Counted from the first letter of the stretch, positions 21,800 through 31,090 are shown. The stretch: 32,000 bases of DNA from Candidatus Saccharimonadota bacterium (GCA_025349965.1 CP075337.1:360001-392000), one strand, 5' to 3'. Made by a program: numbers and translations. The notes: generated by a model not told the origin, from the letters alone.

Positions 21800-21839
21800 T
21801 ATCCTTAAGCTATCAATGCAATTTGATGGTTTAAGGATA
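21800..21839 (+). other. 17-bp stem hairpin that is complete only in plus-strand RNA
   Basis: TATCCTTAAGCTATCAA-TGCAAT-TTGATGGTTTAAGGATA. Two stem positions are G-U wobbles in the + transcript and would be A-C mismatches in the - transcript. No U-run follows. Confidence 0.5.
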
Positions 21840-21865
21840 TGCACCCTGAGCTTATAGTGTCTGGG

Positions 21866-21893
21866 TTGACGCCATAGGTTCATTTGCTACAAT
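21866..21893 (+). promoter_or_regulatory. strong sigma70-type promoter upstream of the infA-rpmJ-rpsM operon
   Basis: TTGACG (21866-21871), a 16-nt spacer, then TGcTACAAT (21885-21893). A second TATAAT lies at 21974-21979. Confidence 0.5.
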
Positions 21894-21994
21894 AAGTCTA
21901 ACCAAATCCCGTATGGCCGAAAAAGTCGGAGGGGATATTCTTGAAAAGACTTTACGTACACTTATTTTTGGTGTATAATCTACTACTGTAACTT

Positions 21995-22225
21995 ATGGCT
22001 AGTTCTAAAGAGGTAATCAAGATGAAAGGCAAGGTAGTGGAAGCACTGCCTAATACTCAATTCAAGGTAGAACTCGAGAATGGCCTGAGCATCATCGCGC
22101 ACATTAGCGGAAAAATGCGTAAAAACTATATTCGCTTAGTGCCTGGTGATAAGGTGGACGTAGAGATGACCCCTTATGATCTCACAAAGGGACGAATCAC
22201 GTACCGCCATAAAGACCAATTTTAA
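21995..22225 (+). CDS. infA: translation initiation factor IF-1
   Basis: 76 aa. [20 protein letters not shown]...[21 protein letters not shown]. Confidence 0.97.
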   Translation: MASSKEVIKMKGKVVEALPNTQFKVELENGLSIIAHISGKMRKNYIRLVPGDKVDVEMTPYDLTKGRITYRHKDQF

Positions 22226-22245
22226 CTGGAGGAATTCTTGAACTC

Positions 22246-22362
22246 ATGAAAGTTCGTGCGAGTGTAAAGAAAATCAGTCCAGATGATCAGTTGGTGCGCC
22301 GCAAGGGGCGCCTCCGTGTCATCAACAAGAAAAAACCTAAGAATAAGCAAAGGCAGGGTTAA
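22246..22362 (+). CDS. rpmJ: 50S ribosomal protein L36
   Basis: This 38-aa ORF is absent from the track because it is too short. Hand translation gives [45 protein letters not shown] is upstream, and the position between infA and rpsM is conserved. Confidence 0.9.
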   Translation: MKVRASVKKISPDDQLVRRKGRLRVINKKKPKNKQRQG

Positions 22363-22364
22363 GC

Positions 22365-22751
22365 ATGGCTCGAATTGCTGGGGTAGTAATACCCGCAGAA
22401 AAGCAAGTTCAGATCGCCCTTACATACGTGTTTGGTATCGGTCCGAAGTTTGCTCGAGACATCCTTGCGGCGGCTAAAGTAGAGCCGACCACTCGGGTGA
22501 AAGATCTCACCGAGGCTGAAGAACAGCGTATTCGCGAAGTAATCGATGCAGATTACACCGTCGAAGGCGACCTCCAGCGTCTCGTAACAAACAATATCAA
22601 GCGTCTTAAAGATATCAACGCATATCGTGGACTTCGACATAAGTCAGGTCTGCCTACTCGTGGGCAACGTACTCGTACGAATGCACGAACTCGTAAGGGT
22701 CGCGCGGTAGCAGTTGGTGGCGCACAACCTAAAGCAGCAAGTAAGACCTAG
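22365..22751 (+). CDS. rpsM: 30S ribosomal protein S13
   Basis: 128 aa. [10 protein letters not shown]...[23 protein letters not shown]. Confidence 0.97.
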   Translation: MARIAGVVIPAEKQVQIALTYVFGIGPKFARDILAAAKVEPTTRVKDLTEAEEQRIREVIDADYTVEGDLQRLVTNNIKRLKDINAYRGLRHKSGLPTRGQRTRTNARTRKGRAVAVGGAQPKAASKT

Positions 22752-22766
22752 GAAAGGAAGTAGATT

Positions 22767-23144
22767 ATGGCAGAAAATCGTAAGAAACAACGCCGATCAG
22801 TTCCTGCTGGTCAGTTGCACGTACAGGCAACCTTCAATAACACTATTATTAGCTTCTCTGATAAGAAGGGTAATGTTATTGCTCAAGGTAGCGCCGGTGC
22901 CTCAGGGTTCCGTGGTAGCAAGAAGGGTACTGCATATGCAGCCCAGATCGCCGCTGAAAAAGCAGCAGAGACTGCAAAGGGTTACGGCCTTAAGTCAGTT
23001 GATGTATTTGTAAAGGGTGTTGGTCAGGGTCGTGACGCGGCTATCCGCGCACTTTCAACTGCTGACATCTCTATTGAAAGTATTAAGGAAGTTACCGGCG
23101 TGCCTCACGGTGGTGTACGTCCACGAAAGCAGCGAAGGGGATAG
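22767..23144 (+). CDS. rpsK: 30S ribosomal protein S11
   Basis: 125 aa. HVQATFNNTIISFSDKKGN...GFRGSKKGTAYAAQ. Confidence 0.97.
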   Translation: MAENRKKQRRSVPAGQLHVQATFNNTIISFSDKKGNVIAQGSAGASGFRGSKKGTAYAAQIAAEKAAETAKGYGLKSVDVFVKGVGQGRDAAIRALSTADISIESIKEVTGVPHGGVRPRKQRRG

Positions 23145-23147
23145 TTT

Positions 23148-23765
23148 ATGGCTCGAGATACAACGCCTATTGTTAAACAAAGCCGTCGCGAAGGCTACGC
23201 ACTTCACCCGAAGGCGCACAAGATTATGGCTCGCAAGAGCGGTATTCCTGGACAGCACGCGCACGGACGTCAAGGTAAGCCAAGTCTTTACCTTACACAA
23301 CTCCGTGAAAAGCAGAAGGTTCGCCGTATTTACGGTCTCCTTGAAAAGCAATTCGCTAAGCTTATGACTGAAGCTGGCCGTCAAGATGGTCTTCAGGGTG
23401 AAAACCTTCTTCGTATGCTTGAACAGCGTCTTGATAACGCAGTCTACCGCGCAGGTTTTGCAACCAGCCGTCGCGCTGCACGTCAACTTGTAAGCCACGG
23501 GCACTTTATGCTTAACGGCCGTCGCGTTGACATTCCATCAATCCGCCTTAAGGCTGGTGATGAACTCGTTGTTCGCCCTAAGAGCCAAAAGTCTGGTTAC
23601 TTTACAGCCCTTGCTGACGTTGTGTCTGCAAGCAACCAGCCTACTTTTGGATGGCTTAAGAGCGATGCAAAGAAGATGACCATTTCTGTAACAGGTCTTC
23701 CAAAGCGTGAAGAAGCTGAAGCTGACATTAACGAACAATTAATCGTTGAGTATTACTCACGATAG
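23148..23765 (+). CDS. rpsD: 30S ribosomal protein S4
   Basis: 205 aa. QLREKQKVRRIYGLLEKQF...LDNAVYRAGFATSRRAARQLVSHGH. Confidence 0.97.
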   Translation: MARDTTPIVKQSRREGYALHPKAHKIMARKSGIPGQHAHGRQGKPSLYLTQLREKQKVRRIYGLLEKQFAKLMTEAGRQDGLQGENLLRMLEQRLDNAVYRAGFATSRRAARQLVSHGHFMLNGRRVDIPSIRLKAGDELVVRPKSQKSGYFTALADVVSASNQPTFGWLKSDAKKMTISVTGLPKREEAEADINEQLIVEYYSR

Positions 23766-23784
23766 GGTAAGGAGATATATCGAT

Positions 23785-24708
23785 ATGTCAAAAGTTATTC
23801 ACAACCCAGCACTTGCTAACGTTGAAGAAACTGGCGTAAATAGTGCATCATTCGTTATTGAACCACTTCAAGCTGGTTACGGTAATACACTCGGTAACAG
23901 CCTCCGTCGCGTGCTTCTTTCAAGCATTAGTGGCGCAGCAATCACTGCATTCCGCATCGAAGGCGCAAGCCACGAGTTTACTACTGTTGCTGGCGTTAAA
24001 GAAGATGTTGTTGACATCATGCTTAACCTCAAGAACGTGCGTCTTAAGGTAGCGTCTGACGAAGCAGTTGAACTTCGTATTGAAAAGAAGGGTGCAGGCG
24101 AAATTACTGCAGCTGACATTAAGACAACTGCTGACGTTGAAGTCATCAACCCAGAGCAAGTAATTGCAACAGTTGACGATGCTAAGAAGACAGTAATTAT
24201 TGACCTCGTCGTTGAATCAGGTCGTGGTTACCAGAGCATCGAAGATTCAAGTGCTAATCGTCTCCACAGCGACATGATTGCTCTTGATGCAATGTTCAGC
24301 CCCGTACTTCGTGTACGCTACAAGGTTGATGGTACTCGTGTTGGTCAAGAGACTAACCTTGATACACTTCAGATTAACGTTGAAACTGACGGCTCAATCA
24401 GCCCACGTGAAGCGTTTGAAGAAGCTGCTGCTATCCTTGTAAACCAGTACACTGCACTTGCAGGAAGCACTACTGTTGAAGCTGCTCCGGCGCTTGGACA
24501 GGAAGTAGTTGAAGACGGAAACGAACTCAACACCCCTATTGAAGAACTAAACCTCAGCGCTCGTACTGCGAACGCTCTTATCAACAACGAAATCCGCACT
24601 GTACGTGACCTCGTATCACTCAGCGAGCAGGACCTTCGTGAGCTTAAGGGCTTCGGTAGCAAGGCGCTTGATGAAGTCAAAGATAAATTGACAGAATTGG
24701 ACGTCTAA
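23785..24708 (+). CDS. rpoA: DNA-directed RNA polymerase alpha subunit
   Basis: The ATG at 23785 has AAGGAG 10 nt upstream; the track start at 23746 overlaps rpsD and is rejected. GYGNTLGNSLRRVLLSSI marks the N-domain. The C-terminal domain reads LNLSARTANALINNEIRTVRDL. Confidence 0.95.
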   Translation: MSKVIHNPALANVEETGVNSASFVIEPLQAGYGNTLGNSLRRVLLSSISGAAITAFRIEGASHEFTTVAGVKEDVVDIMLNLKNVRLKVASDEAVELRIEKKGAGEITAADIKTTADVEVINPEQVIATVDDAKKTVIIDLVVESGRGYQSIEDSSANRLHSDMIALDAMFSPVLRVRYKVDGTRVGQETNLDTLQINVETDGSISPREAFEEAAAILVNQYTALAGSTTVEAAPALGQEVVEDGNELNTPIEELNLSARTANALINNEIRTVRDLVSLSEQDLRELKGFGSKALDEVKDKLTELDV

Positions 24709-24709
24709 T

Positions 24710-25102
24710 ATGCATCGACACGGATACAAAGGACGTAAGTTTGGCCGCGAGCGCGATCAGCGCCGTGCACTCATCAAGGGTCTCGCGACCAGTCTTGTTG
24801 AACACGGTAAGATTGAGACTACGCTTCCAAAGGCTAAAGAACTCGTCCGTTATATTGAAAAATTAGTGACAAAGGCTAAGAAGGGTGACCTTGCGAACCG
24901 TCGTATGGTAATCGCTGGCCTTTCTACTCAAGCTGCTGCTTTCCGTCTTGTTGACGTGATTGCGCCACAGCTTAAGGGTCGCACCAGCGGACACGTACGC
25001 GTACAGCGCACACGTCTTCGCGTTGGTGACGGCGCTCAGATGGCAATCATTGAGTTCGTAGACGAAATCAAAGATGTACCAGCTGAAAAGGAGGCTAAGT
25101 AA
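24710..25102 (+). CDS. rplQ: 50S ribosomal protein L17
   Basis: 130 aa. MHRHGYKGRKFGRERDQRRALIKGLATSLVEHGKIETT. Confidence 0.96.
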   Translation: MHRHGYKGRKFGRERDQRRALIKGLATSLVEHGKIETTLPKAKELVRYIEKLVTKAKKGDLANRRMVIAGLSTQAAAFRLVDVIAPQLKGRTSGHVRVQRTRLRVGDGAQMAIIEFVDEIKDVPAEKEAK

Positions 25103-25104
25103 TT

Positions 25105-25545
25105 ATGGCAACAATTAAGACCTACAGCCAGAAGCCAACAGAGGTTTCACGCGAATGGATTCTCATTGACGCTGCATCTGCGCCGCTTGGCCGCGTTGCA
25201 ACTGAAATTGCTAAGTACCTTACCGGTAAGTACAAGCCAACCTTCACTCCACACACTGACGGCGGTGACTACGTTGTAGTTATCAATGCCAAGAACACTG
25301 TGGTGACAGGAAACAAAGAGACTGATAAGATTTATTATCACCACTCTGGTTTCCCTGGTGGTATCAAGGACGCAACACTTGCAGAAATCCGCGAAAAGTA
25401 CCCAGAACGCCTTATTGAAATGGCTGTAAAGGGTATGCTTCCAAAGAACAAGCTTGCAAGTGAGCGCATGAACCGCCTCCGCGTATTTGCTGGTGAAGCA
25501 CATACACACGAAGCACAGAAACCTAAGAAAGTTGAGGTAAAGTAG
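25105..25545 (+). CDS. rplM: 50S ribosomal protein L13
   Basis: 146 aa. REWILIDAASAPLGRVATEIAKYLTGKYKPTFTPH. Confidence 0.96.
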   Translation: MATIKTYSQKPTEVSREWILIDAASAPLGRVATEIAKYLTGKYKPTFTPHTDGGDYVVVINAKNTVVTGNKETDKIYYHHSGFPGGIKDATLAEIREKYPERLIEMAVKGMLPKNKLASERMNRLRVFAGEAHTHEAQKPKKVEVK

Positions 25546-25546
25546 T

Positions 25547-25945
25547 ATGGCTGACGCAAGTTACTTCTACGGCCTCGGACGACGCAAGAGCGCAACTGCA
25601 CGTGCACGTCTTTACAAGGGTAAGGGTACGGTTACTATCAACGAAAAGCCTGCGGCTGAATACCTTGATAACAACAAGTCACTTCTTGCTGAAATTACCG
25701 ATCCTCTTGCGCTTGTAAACAAGCAAAAAGAGTTTGACGTAACGATTCGTGTACAAGGCGGCGGTATTGCTGGTCAGGTTGACGCAATCAAGCTAGCGAT
25801 TGCCAAGGCTTTGACAACTGCACACTCAGACCTTCGTTCGACCCTTAAGAAGGCAGACCTTCTCAAGCGCGACTCACGCGAGAAAGAACGTAAGAAATAC
25901 GGTCTTCGCGGAGCTCGTAAGCGCGAACAATTCTCAAAGCGTTAA
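25547..25945 (+). CDS. rpsI: 30S ribosomal protein S9
   Basis: 132 aa. GLGRRKSATARARL...GGGIAGQVDAIKLAIAKAL...RDSREKERKKYGLRGARKREQFSKR. Confidence 0.97.
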   Translation: MADASYFYGLGRRKSATARARLYKGKGTVTINEKPAAEYLDNNKSLLAEITDPLALVNKQKEFDVTIRVQGGGIAGQVDAIKLAIAKALTTAHSDLRSTLKKADLLKRDSREKERKKYGLRGARKREQFSKR

Positions 25946-25957
25946 GTTTTGCAGAAA

Positions 25958-25986
25958 CAAAAGCACCCCGTTATGGGGTGTTTTTT
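25958..25986 (+). terminator. rho-independent terminator after rpsI
   Basis: Stem CACCCC/GGGGTG (25964-25980) followed by T6. Confidence 0.7.
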
Positions 25987-26001
25987 GTTATAATGGAGTT
26001 A

Positions 26002-27042
26002 ATGACTAAACCTACTATACTTACCGGCGTCCGTTCCAACGAAGAGCCAACGCTTGGCAATTTTCTTGGTGCCTTTGTGCCGATGGTGGAAATGCAAAAA
26101 AAATACGCGGGCGAATATCAAATCAATATGTTCGTTCCTGATCTTCATAGCTTTACAACGCCAATCGACCACACAACGCTTTACAAAAATACGCTGAAAA
26201 ACCTCAAGTACTTTATTGCAGCTGGGCTTGATATTAATCACCCGGATGTCTTTGTATACCGTCAGAGTTATATTCCAGCGCACAGCGAGTTGACATGGAT
26301 TCTCGACTGCTTTACGTACACGGGCGAGATGAGCCGGATGACTCAGTTTAAGGAAAAATCAGGCGAGCATAGCGAAAGTGTTACGATGGGGCTCTTTAAT
26401 TACCCAGTTCTCATGGCGGCCGATATCTTGCTCTATAATGCAAAGTACGTTCCAGTTGGCGAAGACCAATTCCAGCACCTCGAAATTACTCGCGACATTG
26501 CAACGCGCTTTAATAACAAATTTGGCGAAATTTTTACCATTCCGGCTGATACGAAAACTCAAACTGGCTTTATTGAGCGTGATAAGGGACTTCGTATTCG
26601 TAGCCTGACCGATCCTTCTAAAAAGATGAGCAAAAGCTCTAATGATGAGAAGTCTAAGATTCTTTTGAGTGACACACCCGAACAGGCAGTAAAGAAAATC
26701 ATGTCTGCAACGACTGATAGTATTGGCGAGATCAATTTTGACTTTGAAACGCAACCGGGTATTAGTAGCCTTCTTCAGATTCTTTCGCTTCTTACTGGAC
26801 GCACGCAAGAAGAAGTCAACGCCGAGTGGGTAGGGAAGACGCAGTACGGTGAATTCAAGCGTGCAGTAGCTGACGCAGTGGGTACATTCTTAACTGACTT
26901 TCAGGCGCGTCTGGCATCTATTTCTGATGAGCAGCTTATAGCAATTCTTGAGCACTCTGAGCGTCGAATGGCCGAGACCGCGAACGCAACACTACTTCGT
27001 GCACAACAGGCAGTGGGCCTTCGCCCTAAAGTAGAGGGATAA
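26002..27042 (+). CDS. trpS: tryptophan--tRNA ligase
   Basis: ILTGVRSNEEPTLGNFLGAF is a TIGN-type class I signature, and KKMSKS is present. The track start at 25978 lies inside the rpsI terminator, so I prefer the ATG at 26002 (GGAG upstream) or 25993. Confidence 0.88.
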   Translation: MTKPTILTGVRSNEEPTLGNFLGAFVPMVEMQKKYAGEYQINMFVPDLHSFTTPIDHTTLYKNTLKNLKYFIAAGLDINHPDVFVYRQSYIPAHSELTWILDCFTYTGEMSRMTQFKEKSGEHSESVTMGLFNYPVLMAADILLYNAKYVPVGEDQFQHLEITRDIATRFNNKFGEIFTIPADTKTQTGFIERDKGLRIRSLTDPSKKMSKSSNDEKSKILLSDTPEQAVKKIMSATTDSIGEINFDFETQPGISSLLQILSLLTGRTQEEVNAEWVGKTQYGEFKRAVADAVGTFLTDFQARLASISDEQLIAILEHSERRMAETANATLLRAQQAVGLRPKVEG

Positions 27043-27046
27043 TTGA

Positions 27047-28216
27047 ATGGCAACACGTAATCCGCGCCGCGAAGCGCTGAAAATCCTTAAAGATTTTAAG
27101 ATCGCACCATCTAGTGCAACCACGCCAACATTGAGTCGATTTGAAGAGACCGAGCCACGCGGTGTAACTCGAATTGCTTCTGTTGTTTTTGAAGCCACAC
27201 GGTATATTATCGTCACCGATGAAAGTATTGAAGATGATGCGCATACTCTTCGTGAACTCATAGATGCATCTTACCCAGGCCTTAAGGGTGAGATTTTAAA
27301 GAATCCGCACGAAGATAGTTTTGAAACATATGGTCTTCGGCATAAGTTCCGTGATGTGTATGTTTTTAAGGTGCAGCCGCAATCGGTTCGTTTAGATAAA
27401 GAGCTATCGGCTCGCTTTCCTGATTTGACGCGCGCTACTATTCAGAAATACATCAAAGCAGGCTATGTGCACGTAAATGGTGCTGTGGTTACCAAACCAA
27501 GTGCGGATGTTAATGACGCCGCAGAAATTACACTTCAAACGCCAGAGAAGGCTGATTTTTCTGATAAAGAGCTGCCCATTCTCTATATGGATGATGCCGT
27601 TATTGTGGTGCATAAACCGGCTGGAATACTAACGCACAGTAAGGGCGTAATGAATGATGAGTTTACTGTAGCTGACTTTTTCAGACGCTATACTTCTTTT
27701 GGGCTTGAGACAAATCGTCCGGGAATCGTGCACCGACTTGACCGTGACACAAGCGGTGTCATTATTGGCGCTCGTACCGAAGAAGCTGCGCAACTTCTAA
27801 AAAAGCAATTTGCAAACCGCACTGTCAAGAAGACCTATCTGGCAGTAGTTTCTGGACAGCCAAAAATTGCCGAGGCGGTGATTGATCTTCCGATTGGTCG
27901 CAACCCGTCAGCCCCAAGTACATTCAGGGTTGATGTAAAGGGAAAGTCCGCCCTTACGACCTACAAAACGCTTGATACAAATGGCACCCACTCACTTGTT
28001 GAGCTCCGGCCAAAAACAGGCCGTACTCATCAACTTCGCGTACATATGCAATACATTGGGACGCCTATTTTGGGGGATAAGGTGTACGGTACGAACGCGC
28101 CAGCAGATAGGCTCTATCTTCATGCGGAGACACTTGAACTGACTATTCCAGGATCGGAACGTCGAACTTTTGCCGCGGCAGCACCAGATTCATTTAAGAA
28201 TCGTCTCAAAGGGTAA
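27047..28216 (+). CDS. RluA/RluD-family pseudouridine synthase with an extra ~110-aa N-terminal region
   Basis: The S4-like segment is RLDKELSARFPDLTRATIQKYIKAGYVHVNGAVV and the catalytic motif is HRLDRDTSG. I do not recognise residues 1-~110. Confidence 0.85.
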   Translation: MATRNPRREALKILKDFKIAPSSATTPTLSRFEETEPRGVTRIASVVFEATRYIIVTDESIEDDAHTLRELIDASYPGLKGEILKNPHEDSFETYGLRHKFRDVYVFKVQPQSVRLDKELSARFPDLTRATIQKYIKAGYVHVNGAVVTKPSADVNDAAEITLQTPEKADFSDKELPILYMDDAVIVVHKPAGILTHSKGVMNDEFTVADFFRRYTSFGLETNRPGIVHRLDRDTSGVIIGARTEEAAQLLKKQFANRTVKKTYLAVVSGQPKIAEAVIDLPIGRNPSAPSTFRVDVKGKSALTTYKTLDTNGTHSLVELRPKTGRTHQLRVHMQYIGTPILGDKVYGTNAPADRLYLHAETLELTIPGSERRTFAAAAPDSFKNRLKG

Positions 28217-28218
28217 GT

Positions 28219-29055
28219 ATGCGAACTCCGTTACTGCATGAAAAAACGGAACGAACGCTGACGCAGCTCTGGCAGAGTAACGCGCACGGACTACTCCTTA
28301 CAGGGCAAGAAGGAGTGGGCTTAGCAACAATTGCGAAGTATTACGCTGAGCAATCTGATGCAATGACGCTCTGGCTTCGTCCAGAAAAAGATGATGCTAT
28401 AGATTACGAAAAGGGAAGTATTGCCATTGCCGCCATACGAGATTTGTACGAGCTTATTAAAACAAAGAACGGGAAGAAGCAACGCGTTATCATTATTGAC
28501 GCTGCTGAACGCATGGCCGAACCAGCACAGAACGCCTTTTTGAAATTATTAGAAGAACCTCCTGAAGGCGTACGTTTTGTTCTTTTAACTCATACGCCTG
28601 AGACAATCCTTCCTACAATTCGGTCTCGTACGCAGTTGGTTGAGGTGCTTCCTATAACTCGTCAGCAGTCAGAGGCGCATCTTGATACACTGAAGGTGAT
28701 GGATGCCACAAAACGCACACAGCTCCTCTTTATCGCCGATGGTTTACCAGCTGAGCTGGCGCGCCTCTCCGCTGATGAAGACACCTTTGCTGCTCGTGCG
28801 GCAATTGTTCGTGATGCGCGCACGCTAATATCCGGCACTCCGTATGAACGGTTGAAAATCGCGCAAAGCTATAAAGATTCGCGGCAAAAAGCTCTGCAGC
28901 TAATTGATGACGCGCTTAAGCAGCTAAGGCGGACAATTGAGCAATCTGGTGATGCAAATCTTCTCGAGAGAATGCCCCAGCTTGTGGCGGCCTATGATGC
29001 GATTAAACAAAACGGTAATGTTCGCCTTCAGCTTGCGGCAACGATTGTGGTATAA
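28219..29055 (+). CDS. holB: DNA polymerase III delta' subunit-like clamp-loader protein
   Basis: 278 aa. GLLLTGQEGVGLATIA is a degenerate P-loop. IIIDAAERMAEPAQNAFLKLLEEPPEGVRFVLLT and PTIRSRTQ are sensor motifs. Confidence 0.8.
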   Translation: MRTPLLHEKTERTLTQLWQSNAHGLLLTGQEGVGLATIAKYYAEQSDAMTLWLRPEKDDAIDYEKGSIAIAAIRDLYELIKTKNGKKQRVIIIDAAERMAEPAQNAFLKLLEEPPEGVRFVLLTHTPETILPTIRSRTQLVEVLPITRQQSEAHLDTLKVMDATKRTQLLFIADGLPAELARLSADEDTFAARAAIVRDARTLISGTPYERLKIAQSYKDSRQKALQLIDDALKQLRRTIEQSGDANLLERMPQLVAAYDAIKQNGNVRLQLAATIVV

Positions 29056-29067
29056 TAAGAGTATAGT

Positions 29068-29718
29068 ATGTTAGGACTTGTTGTATTAGGACTGCTTGGT
29101 TTTTGGGCAATTTGGCAGAAGCAAACTGTCAATGAGGTTACGAGTGACCTCTCTACCAAGCTTTCGGATAAGCTTGATCAGTTATGGACGATTGCCCAGA
29201 GCTCTCTTCAAGACCGTAAATATCTTCGCGCTGAAAAAGCTCTTTTGACTATTCTTCGGGTTGATGAGCGAAACGCGAGCGCCTATAACCGTCTCGGTAT
29301 CCTCTATGCAAAGCAGCAGCAGTATAAAGAGGCGATTGAGTGCTTTGAAATCGCCCAGTCGCTTGAACCGAGTGCCAGTAGCCTCCATAATGTTGGACTC
29401 ATCTATTTTGAGACCGAGAACTTCCCTAAGGCAGCCTTAGCCTTTGAGCAAGCCCTTGCAATGGACGCTGAACATGCCGCACGCCACATTGCCTATGCAA
29501 AGGTGCAAGAAAAGCTCAAGAATGACAAGAAGATGATTGAGTCGCTCGAACGAGCCGTTGAACTTGAACCAATCCCTCAGACGTTAAATATTCTTGCTGA
29601 AGCATATGAGCGTGTAGGTGAGGCTGAACTTGCGCTCTCTCTTCGCGAACGTGCCCGTAAGCTCATTACGCCACAGGCTGCACCTCGTGTTAAGCAGCCA
29701 CGACGAGTTGTGATGTAA
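29068..29718 (+). CDS. membrane-anchored TPR-repeat protein
   Basis: The N-terminal helix is MLGLVVLGLLGFWAIW. TPR-like units include AYNRLGILYAKQQQYKEAIECFEIAQSLEP and HNVGLIYFETENFPKAALAFEQALAMD. Confidence 0.75.
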   Translation: MLGLVVLGLLGFWAIWQKQTVNEVTSDLSTKLSDKLDQLWTIAQSSLQDRKYLRAEKALLTILRVDERNASAYNRLGILYAKQQQYKEAIECFEIAQSLEPSASSLHNVGLIYFETENFPKAALAFEQALAMDAEHAARHIAYAKVQEKLKNDKKMIESLERAVELEPIPQTLNILAEAYERVGEAELALSLRERARKLITPQAAPRVKQPRRVVM

Positions 29719-29720
29719 AT

Positions 29721-29750
29721 AAAATACAGCCCCTAAATGGCTGTATTTTT
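29721..29750. terminator. bidirectional terminator shared by the TPR gene (+) and the MFS gene (-)
   Basis: Stem ATACAGCC/GGCTGTAT (29724-29746) with an A-run on the left and a T-run on the right. It overlaps the last codons of the MFS gene. Confidence 0.65.
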
Positions 29751-31061
29751 TGTTTGGTCCGAAGTGTCTTTCTTTAAGTAATAGGTAGACAGGTTTCTAT
29801 ATGCCTTTGTTGTGAAGGCGTACAGTACAACGGCTATCATGATAAGACTTGCGATAATAAATACGAGTGCGATCCCACGCGCCTCACCAGAACCGACAAG
29901 CCATCCAAGAGCGGCTTTGCCTGCGTCACTTGCCATGTAAGGGATGAGTGCAAACTGCGCTATAGGGCCAATCATAAATGCACTAATAGGTGAGGCGGCT
30001 GATTCAACGGTTTGCGCAAGACCAAACACACGCCCTTGGCGCTTGAAGGGTACAACTTTTTGGAGAATTGTTTGCTCTGTAGCCTCTGCTATTGGCATGA
30101 GACACATAAAGATGAACATACCGACAACATAGAGAGGCCACCATTCGCGTATAACAAATGCAATACCAAGAAGTGCAATGGCTAGGTTTACAATAAGCAT
30201 TGTCCGGAGTGGATTCTTGCCCAGGCCAACCTTGGAAACGACAATACCGCCAGCGATGAACCCGATACTTGTAATACCCAAGACAACACCCCAAATTTCT
30301 ACAGGAAACAGCGTGAGGCCGTACGGGTCCATGAGCGCCATGAAGACACCGCCAACGAGGTTATTGAACGTAGTAAAGATGATAAGCCAAACGAGTCCAG
30401 GGATACTCCTGATAGTTGCGATGCTTCCCTTTAGGTCGATAGCATTCTTTTTCAACGCTGGATCGTGGTATATTTCTGGCTCTGGAATACGCACCATAGT
30501 AATGAGGTGAAGAAGCGATAGTGCAGTAAGTATGAGGGCGATTGCAAGTGTCCAGCCCATGCCAAGAAGACCGATTGATAGACCGCTAAATACACTAGTG
30601 ACCATAAAGGCAACACCTTGCACGGCGCCAACCATGCCATTTGCCTTATCGCGTCCCTTTTCGGGTACGAGAAGTGTTACTGTTGTGCCAAGCGCGATAT
30701 TTCGCATATTCTCAACGACTGCGCCTGCAAGAATAATTCCGGCGAACAGCCAGAAAGCAGGGCTTGTAAGCGAGGTGATGTGTTCGTTGAGAAGAAAATA
30801 GACAAGTGTACCGAGGCTAAACGCAACCAATGTAAATATGGTAGATGCAACCATGATAGATTTCTTTTTATGGTGGTCAACAAGCGCACCAAAGTAGATA
30901 CTAGTAGCCGCAATAAGCAACATGAAGAGCCCGCCAACGATTGAGGTTGCGAGGACAGATTTCGTTTCAAGATATGCCCAAAATGTCACGGCAAACCACA
31001 GGTAGCTTGTGGTGACGTTAGCAATAAGCGTATTGAAGAGAACTTGCTTAAAATGTTTCAC
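29733..31061 (-). CDS. MFS-type transporter
   Basis: 442 aa with about 12 hydrophobic segments in a two-halves arrangement. The substrate is unknown. Confidence 0.8.
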   Translation of the reverse strand: MKHFKQVLFNTLIANVTTSYLWFAVTFWAYLETKSVLATSIVGGLFMLLIAATSIYFGALVDHHKKKSIMVASTIFTLVAFSLGTLVYFLLNEHITSLTSPAFWLFAGIILAGAVVENMRNIALGTTVTLLVPEKGRDKANGMVGAVQGVAFMVTSVFSGLSIGLLGMGWTLAIALILTALSLLHLITMVRIPEPEIYHDPALKKNAIDLKGSIATIRSIPGLVWLIIFTTFNNLVGGVFMALMDPYGLTLFPVEIWGVVLGITSIGFIAGGIVVSKVGLGKNPLRTMLIVNLAIALLGIAFVIREWWPLYVVGMFIFMCLMPIAEATEQTILQKVVPFKRQGRVFGLAQTVESAASPISAFMIGPIAQFALIPYMASDAGKAALGWLVGSGEARGIALVFIIASLIMIAVVLYAFTTKAYRNLSTYYLKKDTSDQTKNTAI

Positions 31062-31090
31062 ATTCTATTAGTATATAGGGAAATTGTTTA

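Noticed and set aside
21800-21839. Integron attC-like site, given a single ORF followed by an imperfect hairpin
   Set aside because: I could not find the RYYYAAC / GTTRRRY core pair at the hairpin ends. The closest strings, CTTAAAC and GTTTAAG, violate the consensus. No intI or attI is present.
3704-26001. Longer N-terminal starts given by the ORF track (3704, 8522, 11172, 12925, 13564, 15818, 16143, 23746, 25978)
   Set aside because: Each would overlap the preceding gene or a terminator hairpin and lacks an SD. In every case an internal start with a well-spaced SD gives the canonical protein N-terminus.
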